A stretch of DNA of 64,000 bases from Mycobacterium sp. (GTDB taxonomy: Bacteria > Actinomycetota > Actinomycetes > Mycobacteriales > Mycobacteriaceae). The first letter of the stretch is position 1; each line of letters starts with the position of its first letter. The DNA lies in NCBI GenBank assembly GCA_044223235.1, contig JBGAME010000003.1. One strand, given 5' to 3'. Under the pieces are notes generated by a model that was not told the DNA's origin, ran no database searches, and saw only the letters and a list, made by a program, of their open reading frames with translations. This document shows positions 17,087 through 27,674 of this stretch, one piece after another. The position numbers were made by a program, and so were the translations under genes.

Positions 17087-19615
17087 ATGACGTCGAGCAG
17101 AGATGTGGTGGTCGTCGGGCACGGCATGGTCGGACACCGGTTCGTGGAAGCGTTACGCGCCCGCGACGCGGATGGGTCCTGGCGGGTCACCGTGCTGGCA
17201 GAGGAGGCCGACGCCGCCTACGACCGGGTCGGGCTGACGGGCTACACCGAGCACTGGGACCGCGCCCAGCTGGCGTTGCCCGGCAACGACTACGCCGGCG
17301 ACGACCTGGTCGACCTCCGGCTGGGTGGTGCGGTGACCGCCGTCGACGTCGACGCCCGCAGTGTGCGCACCGCCGACGGCGCCGAGGTCGGATACGACGC
17401 ACTGGTGCTGGCCACCGGCTCGTATGCCTTCGTGCCGCCGGTACCCGGTCACGACCTGCCGGGCTGCCACGTCTACCGCACTCTCGACGATCTCGACGCC
17501 ATCCACGCTGATGTGCAGCGCACCCTGGCCGCCGGGCACACCACCGCCGGTGTGGTGGTCGGCGGTGGCCTGCTCGGACTGGAGGCGGCCAACGCGCTGC
17601 GCCGGTTCGGGATGCAACCGCACGTCGTCGAGATGGCGCCGCGGCTGATGGCCGTGCAGCTCGACGAGGCGGGCGGGGCACTCCTGGGCCGGATGATCGG
17701 CGAGCTGGGCATCGCGGTGCACGCCGGTGTCGGCACCAAGGCCGTCGAAGCCACGCCGGACGGGTCGCTGCTGATCACCCTCAGCGACGGAAGCCAGATC
17801 GACGCCGGTGTGGTGGTGTTCGCCGCCGGGGTGCGTCCCCGCGACGAGCTGGCCCGCGCGGCCGGGCTGGGGATCGCCGAGCGCGGCGGTGTGCTCACCG
17901 ATTTGTCATGTGTGACAACCGATCCCGCGGTGTACGCGGTCGGTGAGGTGGCCGCCATCGAGGGCCGCTGCTACGGCTTGGTGGGGCCCGGCTACACCAG
18001 CGCCGAGGTGGTCGCCGACCGGCTGCTCGGCGGCGCCGCCGAGTTCCCCGAAGCCGACATGTCGACCAAACTCAAGCTGCTGGGCGTCGACGTCGCCAGC
18101 TTCGGCGACGCCATGGGAACCACGCCCAACTGCCTGGAAGTCGTCGTCAACGACGCCGTCAACCAGACCTACGCCAAGCTCGTCCTGTCCGATGACGCCA
18201 AGACCCTGCTGGGCGGCATCCTCGTCGGCGACGCGTCCAGCTACGGGTTGCTGCGGCCGATGGTCGGCGAGCAGCTGCCCGGCGACCCGATGGCGTTGAT
18301 CGCCCCGGCGGGCTCCGAGGGCGGGGCGGCCCTCGGTGTCGGTGCACTGCCCGCCGCGGCGCAGATCTGCTCATGCAACAACGTCACCAAGGGCGATCTG
18401 ACCGACGCCATCGCCGCCGGCTGTCATGACGTGCCCGCGCTGAAGGCCTGCACCAAGGCCGGCACCTCCTGCGGTTCCTGTGTGCCGCTGCTCAAGCAGC
18501 TGCTCGAGGCCGAGGGCGTCGAGCAGTCCAAGGCGGTGTGCGAGCACTTCAGCCAGTCGCGTGCCGAGCTTTTCGAGATCATCAGCGCCACCGAGATCCG
18601 CACGTTCTCCGGGCTCATCGAGCGGTTCGGCACCGGAAAGGGTTGCGATCTCTGCAAACCCGCCATCGCGTCGATCCTGGCGTCCACCGGCTCCGGGCAC
18701 ATCCTCGACGGTGAGCAGTCGTCGCTGCAGGATTCCAACGACCACTTCCTGGCCAACATCCAGAAGAACGGCAGCTATTCGGTGGTGCCGCGGGTGCCCG
18801 GCGGCGACATCACGCCCGAACAGTTGATCCTCATCGGCGAGGTCGCGAGGGACTTCAACCTGTACACCAAGATCACCGGCGGGCAGCGCATCGACATGTT
18901 CGGTGCGCGGGTGGATCAGCTGCCCGAGATCTGGCGGCGCCTCGTCGAAGGCGGGATGGAATCCGGCCACGCATACGGCAAGTCGCTGCGTACGGTCAAG
19001 AGCTGCGTGGGCAGTGACTGGTGCCGCTACGGCCAGCAGGATTCGGTGCACATGGCCATCAACCTGGAGTTGCGCTACCGCGGGCTGCGTGCACCGCACA
19101 AGATCAAGATGGGTGTCTCCGGGTGTGCCCGTGAGTGCGCAGAGGCGCGTGGCAAGGACGTCGGCGTCATCGCCACCGAGAAGGGCTGGAACCTCTACGT
19201 GTGCGGCAACGGCGGGATGACGCCGAGGCATGCCGAACTGCTCGCAGGGGACCTCGACGACGAAACCCTGGTGCGCTACATCGACCGGTTCCTGATGTTC
19301 TACATCCGCACCGCCGACCGACTGCAGCGCACGGCGCCGTGGCTGGAGGCGCTCGACGGCGGACTGGATCACCTGCGTGAGGTCGTGTGCGACGACACCT
19401 TGGGCCTGGCAGCCGAATTCGAAGACGCGATCGCCCGCCACATCGACGGCTACGCGTGCGAGTGGAAGGGTGTGCTGGACGATCCGGACAAGCTGTCGCG
19501 ATTCGTTTCCTTCGTCAACGCGCCCGAAACTCCCGATCCGACCGTGCAATTCACCGAGAGCCACGGCCGCAAGGTGCCGATCGGCATGCCCCGCTATCAG
19601 AAGGAGCAATCATGA
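17087..19615 (+). CDS. nirB: NAD(P)H-dependent assimilatory nitrite reductase, large subunit
   Basis: VVVVGHGMVGHRF FAD/NAD fold, BFD-like CSCNNVTKGDL...CGSC, and siroheme/4Fe-4S motifs SCVGSDWCRYG and GCARECAEA. Confidence 0.95.
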   Translation: MTSSRDVVVVGHGMVGHRFVEALRARDADGSWRVTVLAEEADAAYDRVGLTGYTEHWDRAQLALPGNDYAGDDLVDLRLGGAVTAVDVDARSVRTADGAEVGYDALVLATGSYAFVPPVPGHDLPGCHVYRTLDDLDAIHADVQRTLAAGHTTAGVVVGGGLLGLEAANALRRFGMQPHVVEMAPRLMAVQLDEAGGALLGRMIGELGIAVHAGVGTKAVEATPDGSLLITLSDGSQIDAGVVVFAAGVRPRDELARAAGLGIAERGGVLTDLSCVTTDPAVYAVGEVAAIEGRCYGLVGPGYTSAEVVADRLLGGAAEFPEADMSTKLKLLGVDVASFGDAMGTTPNCLEVVVNDAVNQTYAKLVLSDDAKTLLGGILVGDASSYGLLRPMVGEQLPGDPMALIAPAGSEGGAALGVGALPAAAQICSCNNVTKGDLTDAIAAGCHDVPALKACTKAGTSCGSCVPLLKQLLEAEGVEQSKAVCEHFSQSRAELFEIISATEIRTFSGLIERFGTGKGCDLCKPAIASILASTGSGHILDGEQSSLQDSNDHFLANIQKNGSYSVVPRVPGGDITPEQLILIGEVARDFNLYTKITGGQRIDMFGARVDQLPEIWRRLVEGGMESGHAYGKSLRTVKSCVGSDWCRYGQQDSVHMAINLELRYRGLRAPHKIKMGVSGCARECAEARGKDVGVIATEKGWNLYVCGNGGMTPRHAELLAGDLDDETLVRYIDRFLMFYIRTADRLQRTAPWLEALDGGLDHLREVVCDDTLGLAAEFEDAIARHIDGYACEWKGVLDDPDKLSRFVSFVNAPETPDPTVQFTESHGRKVPIGMPRYQKEQS

Positions 19616-19992
19616 CGCTGCTCGACGACCGTCGCGCCAAGGCGGATGACCTCCACGCCTGGACCAATGCGTGCCGGTACGACTTCCTGATCCCTTGCCG
19701 CGGTGCCGGTGTCCTGCTGGACGACGGATCGCAGGCGGCGCTGTTCCGCCTCGACGACGGCTCGCTGCGGGCGGTGGGCAACATCGATCCGTTCTCGGGA
19801 GCTGCGGTGATGTCGCGCGGCATCGTGGGCGACCGCGCGGGCCGAGCCACGGTTCAGACGCCGATCAAGAAGCAGGCGTTCGCGCTGGACGACGGGACCT
19901 GCCTCGATGACCCTGCCGTCTCGCTGCCGGTATACGCCACCCGGGTCACCGACTACGGCGTCGTACAGGTGGGCCGCCGCATCTCGGCGTAG
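19612..19992 (+). CDS. nirD: Nitrite reductase small subunit
   Basis: Its start overlaps the nirB stop (ATGA). It is a 126-aa Rieske-like-fold protein in the canonical nirBD position. Confidence 0.85.
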   Translation: MTLLDDRRAKADDLHAWTNACRYDFLIPCRGAGVLLDDGSQAALFRLDDGSLRAVGNIDPFSGAAVMSRGIVGDRAGRATVQTPIKKQAFALDDGTCLDDPAVSLPVYATRVTDYGVVQVGRRISA

Positions 19993-20091
19993 CCGCGATT
20001 GGCCGCCGCGACTGGACTGCGCGATGTCTGCGCAGGGGTCGTGGGGGGCGTCGAACCAACAGCCCTGGCGCAGAAGCCCCGGCACAGACCA

Positions 20092-20982
20092 TCACAGCGC
20101 GCGCAACAGCCGCTGTCGTGTGCAAGCGTCGTCGGAGATCAGCTCGTCGCGGGTCCCGGTGCTCCACAACTCGATCGTCTGGATCGTCCAGTAGGCGCCG
20201 AATTCGAGGATCAGCGCGGATTCGGCGATGAGCACGGCGTGGTTGAAGCCGTCGAGGGTGAAGTGCAGCGCCACCGTCACCGTCAGGGTCAGCACCATCG
20301 CCACGGCGATCAGATGATAGAGCCGGTGGTAGATCTGCCGATTCGGACATTTGGCGTCATCCTGCCGTCCACTGAGGAATGCGGTGATGAACACCGTCAG
20401 GATCATCGCGGCGAACATGATCACGGCCGCGATGCCGTGGGCGTTCGCGGTGAACCAGTCGGGGGCGAGGATCAGGGTGGCCAGGCCCACGGCGAGGATG
20501 AGGCGCTGGGCCCAGATCGCCACGGTGCCAAGGACGCTCATCTGGTCGGACGTGTCTGTCCTGCGGTGCAGCCACCAGGACGCCAACCGGGAGGCGACCA
20601 GTGCGATGACGACCGCCCACACATTCGAGCGGATGACCGTCCCGAGCTCGAGTTCGCCGGGCGCCAAGGCGGTTCCGCATTCGAGGACGGGGCGCGTGGT
20701 GGGCACCATGGCGACGATGAACATCAGGATGCCCGCCAGGTTCAGTAGCACGTCCTCGGTGTCGCTGCTGCCGCGGTAGACGATGAACATGGCGCCTGTC
20801 GCGCAGAGAGCGCCGATGAACACGGCGTGCGCCGAGGTGAAGTAGTAGGCGCTGATCGATGTCTGCCAGCAATCCGCCCGCACTCTCTCGATGAGCACAG
20901 CGGCGGCCAACATCACGATCATGACCGGCATACCGCCACGCAGATAGCGGTAGGTCTCCAACGCAACGGAGCGTTGTGTCAT
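20092..20982 (-). CDS. Integral membrane protein of unknown function (about 8 TM segments)
   Basis: Highly hydrophobic ORF. I chose the start at MTQRSVALETYRYL because the longer track ORF adds a non-hydrophobic Arg/Pro-rich extension. Confidence 0.6.
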   Translation of the reverse strand: MTQRSVALETYRYLRGGMPVMIVMLAAAVLIERVRADCWQTSISAYYFTSAHAVFIGALCATGAMFIVYRGSSDTEDVLLNLAGILMFIVAMVPTTRPVLECGTALAPGELELGTVIRSNVWAVVIALVASRLASWWLHRRTDTSDQMSVLGTVAIWAQRLILAVGLATLILAPDWFTANAHGIAAVIMFAAMILTVFITAFLSGRQDDAKCPNRQIYHRLYHLIAVAMVLTLTVTVALHFTLDGFNHAVLIAESALILEFGAYWTIQTIELWSTGTRDELISDDACTRQRLLRAL

Positions 20983-21154
20983 TGCGCGAGTATGGCACTC
21001 GCCCGCCTTTCCGATCGTCGAGACAATGTCGCGGTTCTGTGACGTTCGACCAAAGCCGGGAAATTGCGGTGGCCGCGGTGCACAATGCGCGTGCGCTGAC
21101 AGCACGCGGCGCGGCACCGACACCACCGGTGTGCCCGAGGAGATGGGGATTCAG

Positions 21155-21475
21155 ATGAACCGATGCAAACGGATCGGGGTTGCCGTGCTCTGCGGGGTCG
21201 CCATGGTCACCGGCATCGAGATGTTGGGCGCGTCGACGATGACCACCCAGCATGACGCCGATGTGTGCGCCGGTGTCGGGGGCAGGCGCGTCTCCGTCAG
21301 CGGGTGCGGCAGCATCGCCGACGCCATCGCGCCGTGGGTGCCCCCTCCCGCGGAGTATGCGCCGATGCCCGAGGACTATGCGGCACCGCCTCCGCCGCCC
21401 CCACCGCCTCCGCCGCCGAATATCAACGTCTGCGCGAACGTCGGCAGGCGCATCAACGTCAGTGGCTGCATCTAG
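21155..21475 (+). CDS. Small secreted protein with a duplicated Cys motif and a poly-proline tract
   Basis: Signal-like MNRCKRIGVAVLCGVAMVTGIEMLGAS. Two copies of VCA-x-VG-(G)RR-[VI]-[SN]-VSGC flank AAPPPPPPPPPPPN. Confidence 0.55.
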   Translation: MNRCKRIGVAVLCGVAMVTGIEMLGASTMTTQHDADVCAGVGGRRVSVSGCGSIADAIAPWVPPPAEYAPMPEDYAAPPPPPPPPPPPNINVCANVGRRINVSGCI

Positions 21476-21481
21476 CCCGGG

Positions 21482-22204
21482 CTACGCGACCTCGCCCCGG
21501 TCCCGGGCCACCGCCCACCGGCCGGCCTGCTGCGGCAGGCGTGCGCGGCGGAACCTGGCGGCGACGAGGCGCACGGTGCCGGGATGCAGGCCGAGCGGAT
21601 CGGTGACCACGTCGGCGCCACTGGCCCGCAGCCGATCCTGGAACAGGCCGTCCGCCAGCAGGTAGGACGCCACGACGACGCGGCGCGCGCCGTCGCGGCG
21701 CAATGCGGTCACCGCGTCGGCGATCCGCGGTGTCCCGGTCGCGGCGAAGGCCGGCTCTACCCGCGATCCGGTCAGCGCCGACAGCCAGGTGGCCGTGGTG
21801 TGGAGGTCGCGCTGGGCGGTCGGATCCGAAGTGCCCGCCGCGGCGAGGACGACCGAATCGCCGGGACGCCAGCCGGATTCGGCCAACCTGCCGGCCATCA
21901 CCCGGATCATCTGCGGGTCGGGCCCGAGGGCGGCGGTGACGGTCACATCGGGGTGCCCGCTGTCGGCCACGTGTGCCGGTATGTCCGCGCGTACGTGATA
22001 GCCACGGGACAGGAAGGCGGGCACCACGATCGCAGGCCGGTCGTGCCAGTCCGCAAGCACCTCGCTAGGGGTGGGGCCGAGGACGTCGACGAACGCGACG
22101 TGCACGGTGCGGCCGAGCATGGCGGCGACGCGATCGGCGAGGTCACCGACCATCGACACGCCCTGCCGTTTGCGCGTGCCGTGCGCCACCAGCAGCAGGC
22201 TCAC
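21482..22204 (-). CDS. Sirohydrochlorin chelatase (CbiX/SirB family, Rv0259c-like)
   Basis: MSLLLVAHGTRKRQG... plus a second half-domain VVLAAAGTSDP, the typical CbiX duplication. It lies near nirBD, which needs siroheme. Confidence 0.8.
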   Translation of the reverse strand: MSLLLVAHGTRKRQGVSMVGDLADRVAAMLGRTVHVAFVDVLGPTPSEVLADWHDRPAIVVPAFLSRGYHVRADIPAHVADSGHPDVTVTAALGPDPQMIRVMAGRLAESGWRPGDSVVLAAAGTSDPTAQRDLHTTATWLSALTGSRVEPAFAATGTPRIADAVTALRRDGARRVVVASYLLADGLFQDRLRASGADVVTDPLGLHPGTVRLVAARFRRARLPQQAGRWAVARDRGEVA

Positions 22205-23370
22205 AGTGGCTGCGCCTTGTTGCGGACGTTCTCATCGATGTCGTCGTCGACGGCTAGCCGGTAACCGCGCTTGACCACCGTCGACACGATGTTCTTGTCG
22301 CCGAGCGCGGTGCGCAGCCGCAGCACGGCGGTTTCCACGGCGTGGGTGTCGGTGCCGCTGCCCGGCAGTGCATCGAGCAGGCTCGCGCGCGATACCACCG
22401 TACCGGGGCGATGGGCGAGGGCTCGGATGGTCGCCATCGCCGCGGGGGAAAGCGCCTTGACGGCGCCGTCCACCAGCACGCAGGTGCCGCGGATCTCGAG
22501 CACATGACCCGCTACCCGCATGGTGCGCGACCGCAGTAGCGGTAGCTCGTCGGTGATGTGGCGCGCCAGGGCGCCGAGACGCATGCGTTCGGGCATCGAG
22601 GTCGGCACCCCCAGCCGGACAAGGGGACGCGCGGTGACGGGACCGACGCACATGGCGTGCACCGGTCCGCGCAGCGCTGCCAGAAGCCGATCGCTCACGC
22701 CCAGCTCGGCCGCGCGCATGATGACCGACGCCACGGCGGGCGCCGACGTGAAGCTCACCGCGTCGAACTGCTCGTCGGCGATGCCGGTGACGAGTTGGTC
22801 GAACGCGCCGTGGCGCGGTGCGGGGCGCCAGCGGTACACCCGGATGGGCACGATTTCGGCACCCGCCTCGCACAACTCGCCGATGAACTCGGGGAACGGG
22901 TCCCAGTCGGCGGTCGCGCCGTGCAACTGCACCGCGATGCGGTGGCCGGCGACACCGGCCTCGCGCAGGTAGTGCAGCACCTCCCGGGACGATTCGGATT
23001 CGGGCGACCATTCCTCGGGCAGCCCGGCAGCGCGTAGCGCTCCGGTGGCCTTGGGTCCGCGCGAGACGACGCGAGCCTTGCCGAGCGCGTTGACCAGTTC
23101 GGTGGCCAGGCCCCAGCCGTCGGCGGCGGCGACCCAGCCGCGGAACCCGATTCCGGTGGTCGCCACCACAATGTCGGGCGGTGAGTCGATCAATGCTTCG
23201 GTGTGTGTCCGCAGCTCGTCGTCGTCGGGCAGCGACACCATGTCGATCGCGGCGGCGCAGGTGACGGAGGCGCCCCTGCGGATCAGCATTGTGCTCAGCT
23301 CGTCTGCTCGGCGGGCCGATGTGACGGCCACGCGGAAGCCGGTGAGCGGCTGCCAGTCGGGCTGGCTCAT
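22201..23370 (-). CDS. Uroporphyrinogen-III synthase (HemD) domain fused to a C-terminal OmpR/PhoB-type winged-helix domain (Rv0260c-like)
   Basis: HemD-like N-terminal two-thirds, then ...VSRASLLDALPGSGTDTHAVETAVLRLRTALGDKNIVSTVVKRGYRLAV. Its stop overlaps the chelatase start by 4 bp. An alternative ATG lies at 23400. Confidence 0.8.
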   Translation of the reverse strand: MSQPDWQPLTGFRVAVTSARRADELSTMLIRRGASVTCAAAIDMVSLPDDDELRTHTEALIDSPPDIVVATTGIGFRGWVAAADGWGLATELVNALGKARVVSRGPKATGALRAAGLPEEWSPESESSREVLHYLREAGVAGHRIAVQLHGATADWDPFPEFIGELCEAGAEIVPIRVYRWRPAPRHGAFDQLVTGIADEQFDAVSFTSAPAVASVIMRAAELGVSDRLLAALRGPVHAMCVGPVTARPLVRLGVPTSMPERMRLGALARHITDELPLLRSRTMRVAGHVLEIRGTCVLVDGAVKALSPAAMATIRALAHRPGTVVSRASLLDALPGSGTDTHAVETAVLRLRTALGDKNIVSTVVKRGYRLAVDDDIDENVRNKAQPL

Positions 23371-23550
23371 ATGTTCTGTGTATGCATGTCGTGTTTCCAA
23401 GCGGTTACCGGGTCATTGCGGGGCTGTGTACCGTTCAGCCCCGGCTCGGCTCACGACGCTATGCGTTCATTATTGCCCCGACGCTGCGTGCGGTGACCCG
23501 GCTGTGACGTTCCGCTCACCCGGGCCGCGTGGCGGTTGTGAGATCGGCGC

Positions 23551-24240
<690 letters not shown>

Positions 24241-24280
24241 CTACCAGCGCGGGCGCCGTTTGACACCCACCTCGGGAGGG

Positions 24281-25171
24281 TCAACGACGGTCGGTGAACG
24301 GCTTCCTCGGCCTCGACCAGTGCAGACGGACCGTCTGGCCCGGCCGGATCTGAGCCACCCTGTCGATGTCGCCGTCGGTGACCACGCCGATCACCGGATA
24401 GCCGCCGGTCACCGGATGGTCCGGTCCCAGGATCACCGGGAATCCGTTCGGCGGGACCTGGATCGCGCCGCGGGCGGCGCCCTCGCTCGCCAGCTGCCGG
24501 TCGGGCCACCGGTACTCCAGCGGCATCCCGACCAGCCGCATCCCGACCCGGTCGCTGTGGTTGGTCACCAGCCAGTTGGTGCGTACCAGGACATCGGGAT
24601 CGACGAACCAGTCGTCGCGGGGCCCCGGTACAACATCGAGATCGAGCACGTCGGTCTTGATCGCGGCCACCGGCGCCTGGTCGAGTTCGGGGAACTCGTC
24701 AGGGTGGTCGCCGACCTCCAGCACGTCACCGGCGCGCAGGGGGGCGGGCCCGATCGCGGACATCACGTCGTAGCTGCGGGAGCCGAGGACTGGTTCGACG
24801 TCGAAGCCGCCGCGGACCGCGACGTACGTGCGCAGCCCCGCCTGCGGCGCCCCCATCGATATCACGTCGCCCTCATGGGCGTAGTGAATGCTGTTGGTGC
24901 CGAACGGGACCCCGTTGACCGACGGGTCCGTGTCGGCTCCGGTGACCGCGATCGCCACGTCGCCGCCGCGCACCCGGGCAGCGAACCCTCCGAACGTCAC
25001 CTCGATGGTGGCGCTGTCGCCGGGGTTGGCGACCAGTCTGTTGGCCAGCGCATGGGAGCGCCTGTCGGCGGCGCCGGAGCGCGTCACCCCCATGTGGGCG
25101 AGCCCGGGCCTGCCGAGATCCTCGACGAGCGCCAGCGGTCCTGTGCGCAGGACTTCCAAACATGCGGTCAT
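24281..25171 (-). CDS. pxpC: 5-oxoprolinase subunit C / KipA-type carboxyltransferase (Rv0263c-like)
   Basis: [23 protein letters not shown]...SGAADR.S..LANRLV is the typical family N-terminus. It is adjacent to the KipI-like partner. Confidence 0.75.
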   Translation of the reverse strand: MTACLEVLRTGPLALVEDLGRPGLAHMGVTRSGAADRRSHALANRLVANPGDSATIEVTFGGFAARVRGGDVAIAVTGADTDPSVNGVPFGTNSIHYAHEGDVISMGAPQAGLRTYVAVRGGFDVEPVLGSRSYDVMSAIGPAPLRAGDVLEVGDHPDEFPELDQAPVAAIKTDVLDLDVVPGPRDDWFVDPDVLVRTNWLVTNHSDRVGMRLVGMPLEYRWPDRQLASEGAARGAIQVPPNGFPVILGPDHPVTGGYPVIGVVTDGDIDRVAQIRPGQTVRLHWSRPRKPFTDRR

Positions 25172-25181
25172 CGGAATCCCC

Positions 25182-25865
25182 TCACACTGCCCGGAACTGA
25201 ACCCACATGCCTGGCGTCAGCAGGGCGGGCGTTTCCCGTTCGACGTCCCACAGCACGGCATCGGAGCGGCCGATGAGCTGCCAGCCGCCTGGCGATTCCC
25301 GCGGGTAGACACCACTGAACTCGCCGGCGAGGGCGACGGATCCGCGGGGTACCTTCGTTCGCGGTTCCGCGCGGCGGGGAACCTGGAGGCGTTCGTCACC
25401 ACCGACGAGGTAGGCGAATCCGGGCGCGAAGCCGCCGAAGCCGACCCGCCATGGGGTGCCGGTGTGCGCGGCGATCACCTGGGCGGGCGCAAGCCCGGTC
25501 AGCCGAGCCACCTCGTGCAGGTCGGGGCCGTCGTACACCACGTCGATGGTGATGTCGACGCGGTGGCCGTGCGCCGATTCGGCGATCACGGCGGGATCGA
25601 GCCGCAGGGCGGCCACGCGCTGTCGTGTCGGCGCCAGATAGCGCGGGCCGGCGAGTTTGATCAGCACGGTCGCCGAGGCCGGCACGATGTCGACCACCCC
25701 GGGCAGGTGGGCGTCGCGCACCACGTCGGCCCACGCCAGCATCTCGGCGGTGCTGTCGAACTCGAGCAGCAGCGCTTGGTCGCCGTAGTCGTGCACCTTG
25801 CCGATGACCTTGCCGATGATCTCGCCGGTGATCTTGGCATCCGTTGTCGCGGTCATACTTCCCAA
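25182..25865 (-). CDS. pxpB: 5-oxoprolinase subunit B / KipI-type protein (Rv0264c-like)
   Basis: ...[19 protein letters not shown]...[11 protein letters not shown].. are family motifs. It is co-directional with pxpC, 10 bp apart. Confidence 0.75.
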   Translation of the reverse strand: MGSMTATTDAKITGEIIGKVIGKVHDYGDQALLLEFDSTAEMLAWADVVRDAHLPGVVDIVPASATVLIKLAGPRYLAPTRQRVAALRLDPAVIAESAHGHRVDITIDVVYDGPDLHEVARLTGLAPAQVIAAHTGTPWRVGFGGFAPGFAYLVGGDERLQVPRRAEPRTKVPRGSVALAGEFSGVYPRESPGGWQLIGRSDAVLWDVERETPALLTPGMWVQFRAV

Positions 25866-25950
25866 GCTACCCGCCGGTAAAGTCGCCGGCCGCTCCTTTG
25901 TGAGCGTTGCCAGAGCTGCCTTACCGAAGGCTCATGACTTTATCGGCCGC

Positions 25951-26667
25951 TCACACGGTGACGGGCCGGTAGGTCGGCTCACGCCGCTTGATCGCTGCGA
26001 TCACGCGGTAGGTCACTGGCAGCAGCAGCACCTCGACCAACGTCTTGTAGATCCAGCCCAGCGCGGTGTAGGTGACGAAGTCACCGAAGGAGCTGATGCC
26101 GATGGCCCCTGCGGCGATGCTGCAGAACACCAGTGTGTCGCCGAGCTGTCCGGCGAACGTCGAGCCGACAAGCCGGGCCCACAGATGCTTCTCCTTGGTG
26201 CGTTCCTTGATTGCCACAACCACCCAGGCGTTGATGGTCTGGCCGACGATGAAACCCGCGAGCCCCGCCACGATCAGCTGGGTGTAGGCGTGCACGATGT
26301 TCTCGAGGTGTGCCTGATTGGCGTAGAAGTCGGCGGCAGGAAGATAGAGCGTCACCCAGAACGCGAGCGCCGCGAGCGCGTTCATGGCGAATCCGAGGAA
26401 GATCGCCCGACGCGCGGCCCGGAACCCGTAGACCTCCGAGAGCACGTCACCGATCACGTAGGTCAGCGGAAAGACGATGAATCCGCCGTCGGTGATGATC
26501 GACCAGTCACCGATGATCGGCCCGAACGCGACCCCCTTGGTCGCGGTGACGTTGGAGATGATCACGAGCGCGGTGAAGACCGCGACGAGCATCGGATAGT
26601 AGGTCGATCCGACCTGGGCGAACGCGGCGGCATGAGGCTCGGTCGGGGTGGTCTTCTGGCTTGTCAC
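25951..26667 (-). CDS. Queuosine-precursor transporter (YhhQ/VUT family membrane protein)
   Basis: 6-TM protein with ...ISNVTATK...FPLTYVIGDVLSEVYG... typical of YhhQ/DUF165. Confidence 0.7.
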   Translation of the reverse strand: MTSQKTTPTEPHAAAFAQVGSTYYPMLVAVFTALVIISNVTATKGVAFGPIIGDWSIITDGGFIVFPLTYVIGDVLSEVYGFRAARRAIFLGFAMNALAALAFWVTLYLPAADFYANQAHLENIVHAYTQLIVAGLAGFIVGQTINAWVVVAIKERTKEKHLWARLVGSTFAGQLGDTLVFCSIAAGAIGISSFGDFVTYTALGWIYKTLVEVLLLPVTYRVIAAIKRREPTYRPVTV

Positions 26668-26679
26668 CCCGACATCTTG

Positions 26680-27657
26680 TCAGGCAAGTGCCGCGCCGAT
26701 CAGCGCAGGCAACCGGCCGGCGACCACTGGATAGGACAGCGGTGAAGCGAACGCGATCGCTCCGGCGAGCTCCTTGTCGGTGAACACATGGCGGCGCCGG
26801 TCGGCCGCCCGTAGCCCCGCGATGACAGGGTCGGCTTCGAGCGCGGCCTGCTGCTCCGGGCTCTCCGTCGTCCACACCGACACGTCGGCGGCATCGAGGA
26901 CCGACGCGATGTGGTCGCGGGGAATGAGGGTGCGGCCGTCGTGGTCGTAGTCGTCGATGCTGTCGGGGATCACCAGGCCCATCTGGGTAAGGAAATCGGT
27001 GCGCCAGCCGGCGGGCGTGGCCTGCACACTGTCCCGGTAGAAGGTGCCGCTCAACAGAAGCACCTTCGCCCCCGAGAACCGCGGCTGGCCCTTGCCCGCG
27101 GTGGTGAACGTGTCGTCGACACCCTCGATGAGGGCCTTCATGTCATCGGCTTTGAACACCGCCTGACCTATTGTGGTGGCCTGGTCCTTCCACGGTTCGA
27201 AGAACGCGTCCTGACCGGATTGCGCGACGGTCGGCGCGATCGCCGACAGCCGCGTGTAAATGTCCGCATCCAGTCCCGCGTTGGTCGCCACGATCAGGTC
27301 GGGCTTCAGCGAGGCGATCTGATCGACCTGGATGCCGTCGCTCAGGCCGAGGACGACGGGCTGGGCGCCCCCGAGTCTGGGCTGGGCCCAGGGCCACACG
27401 CCGAACGGCTCGCCGCCGAACCAGTCGGTGACGGCGATCGGGACGACCCCGACGGCCAGCAGATCGTCCTGTTCCGTGAGGCCCGCACTCACCACCCGCC
27501 GAGGCGGTGACAGGATCCTGGTCTCGCCGAACGCGTGCGCGATGGTCACCGACCCGTCGTCGGCGACCGTCCCCGGTTTCGGTGGGCCGCACGCGGCCAG
27601 CGTGGCGGCGGTCGCGCTGAGCGCGAGGAAGCGCCGGCGTGACAAGCCCGTTTGCAC
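26680..27657 (-). CDS. Iron-siderophore-type ABC substrate-binding lipoprotein (Rv0265c/FecB-like)
   Basis: Tat-like signal with lipobox VQTGLSRRRFLALSATAATLAAC, then a periplasmic-binding-protein fold. The track ORF to 28212 is an Arg-rich artefactual extension that overlaps the next gene. Confidence 0.8.
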   Translation of the reverse strand: MQTGLSRRRFLALSATAATLAACGPPKPGTVADDGSVTIAHAFGETRILSPPRRVVSAGLTEQDDLLAVGVVPIAVTDWFGGEPFGVWPWAQPRLGGAQPVVLGLSDGIQVDQIASLKPDLIVATNAGLDADIYTRLSAIAPTVAQSGQDAFFEPWKDQATTIGQAVFKADDMKALIEGVDDTFTTAGKGQPRFSGAKVLLLSGTFYRDSVQATPAGWRTDFLTQMGLVIPDSIDDYDHDGRTLIPRDHIASVLDAADVSVWTTESPEQQAALEADPVIAGLRAADRRRHVFTDKELAGAIAFASPLSYPVVAGRLPALIGAALA

Positions 27658-27674
27658 CGGCCAGAGCGTACGCG

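Noticed and set aside
18371-19609. 412-aa minus-strand ORF inside nirB
   Set aside because: It is an antisense shadow of nirB with no motifs.
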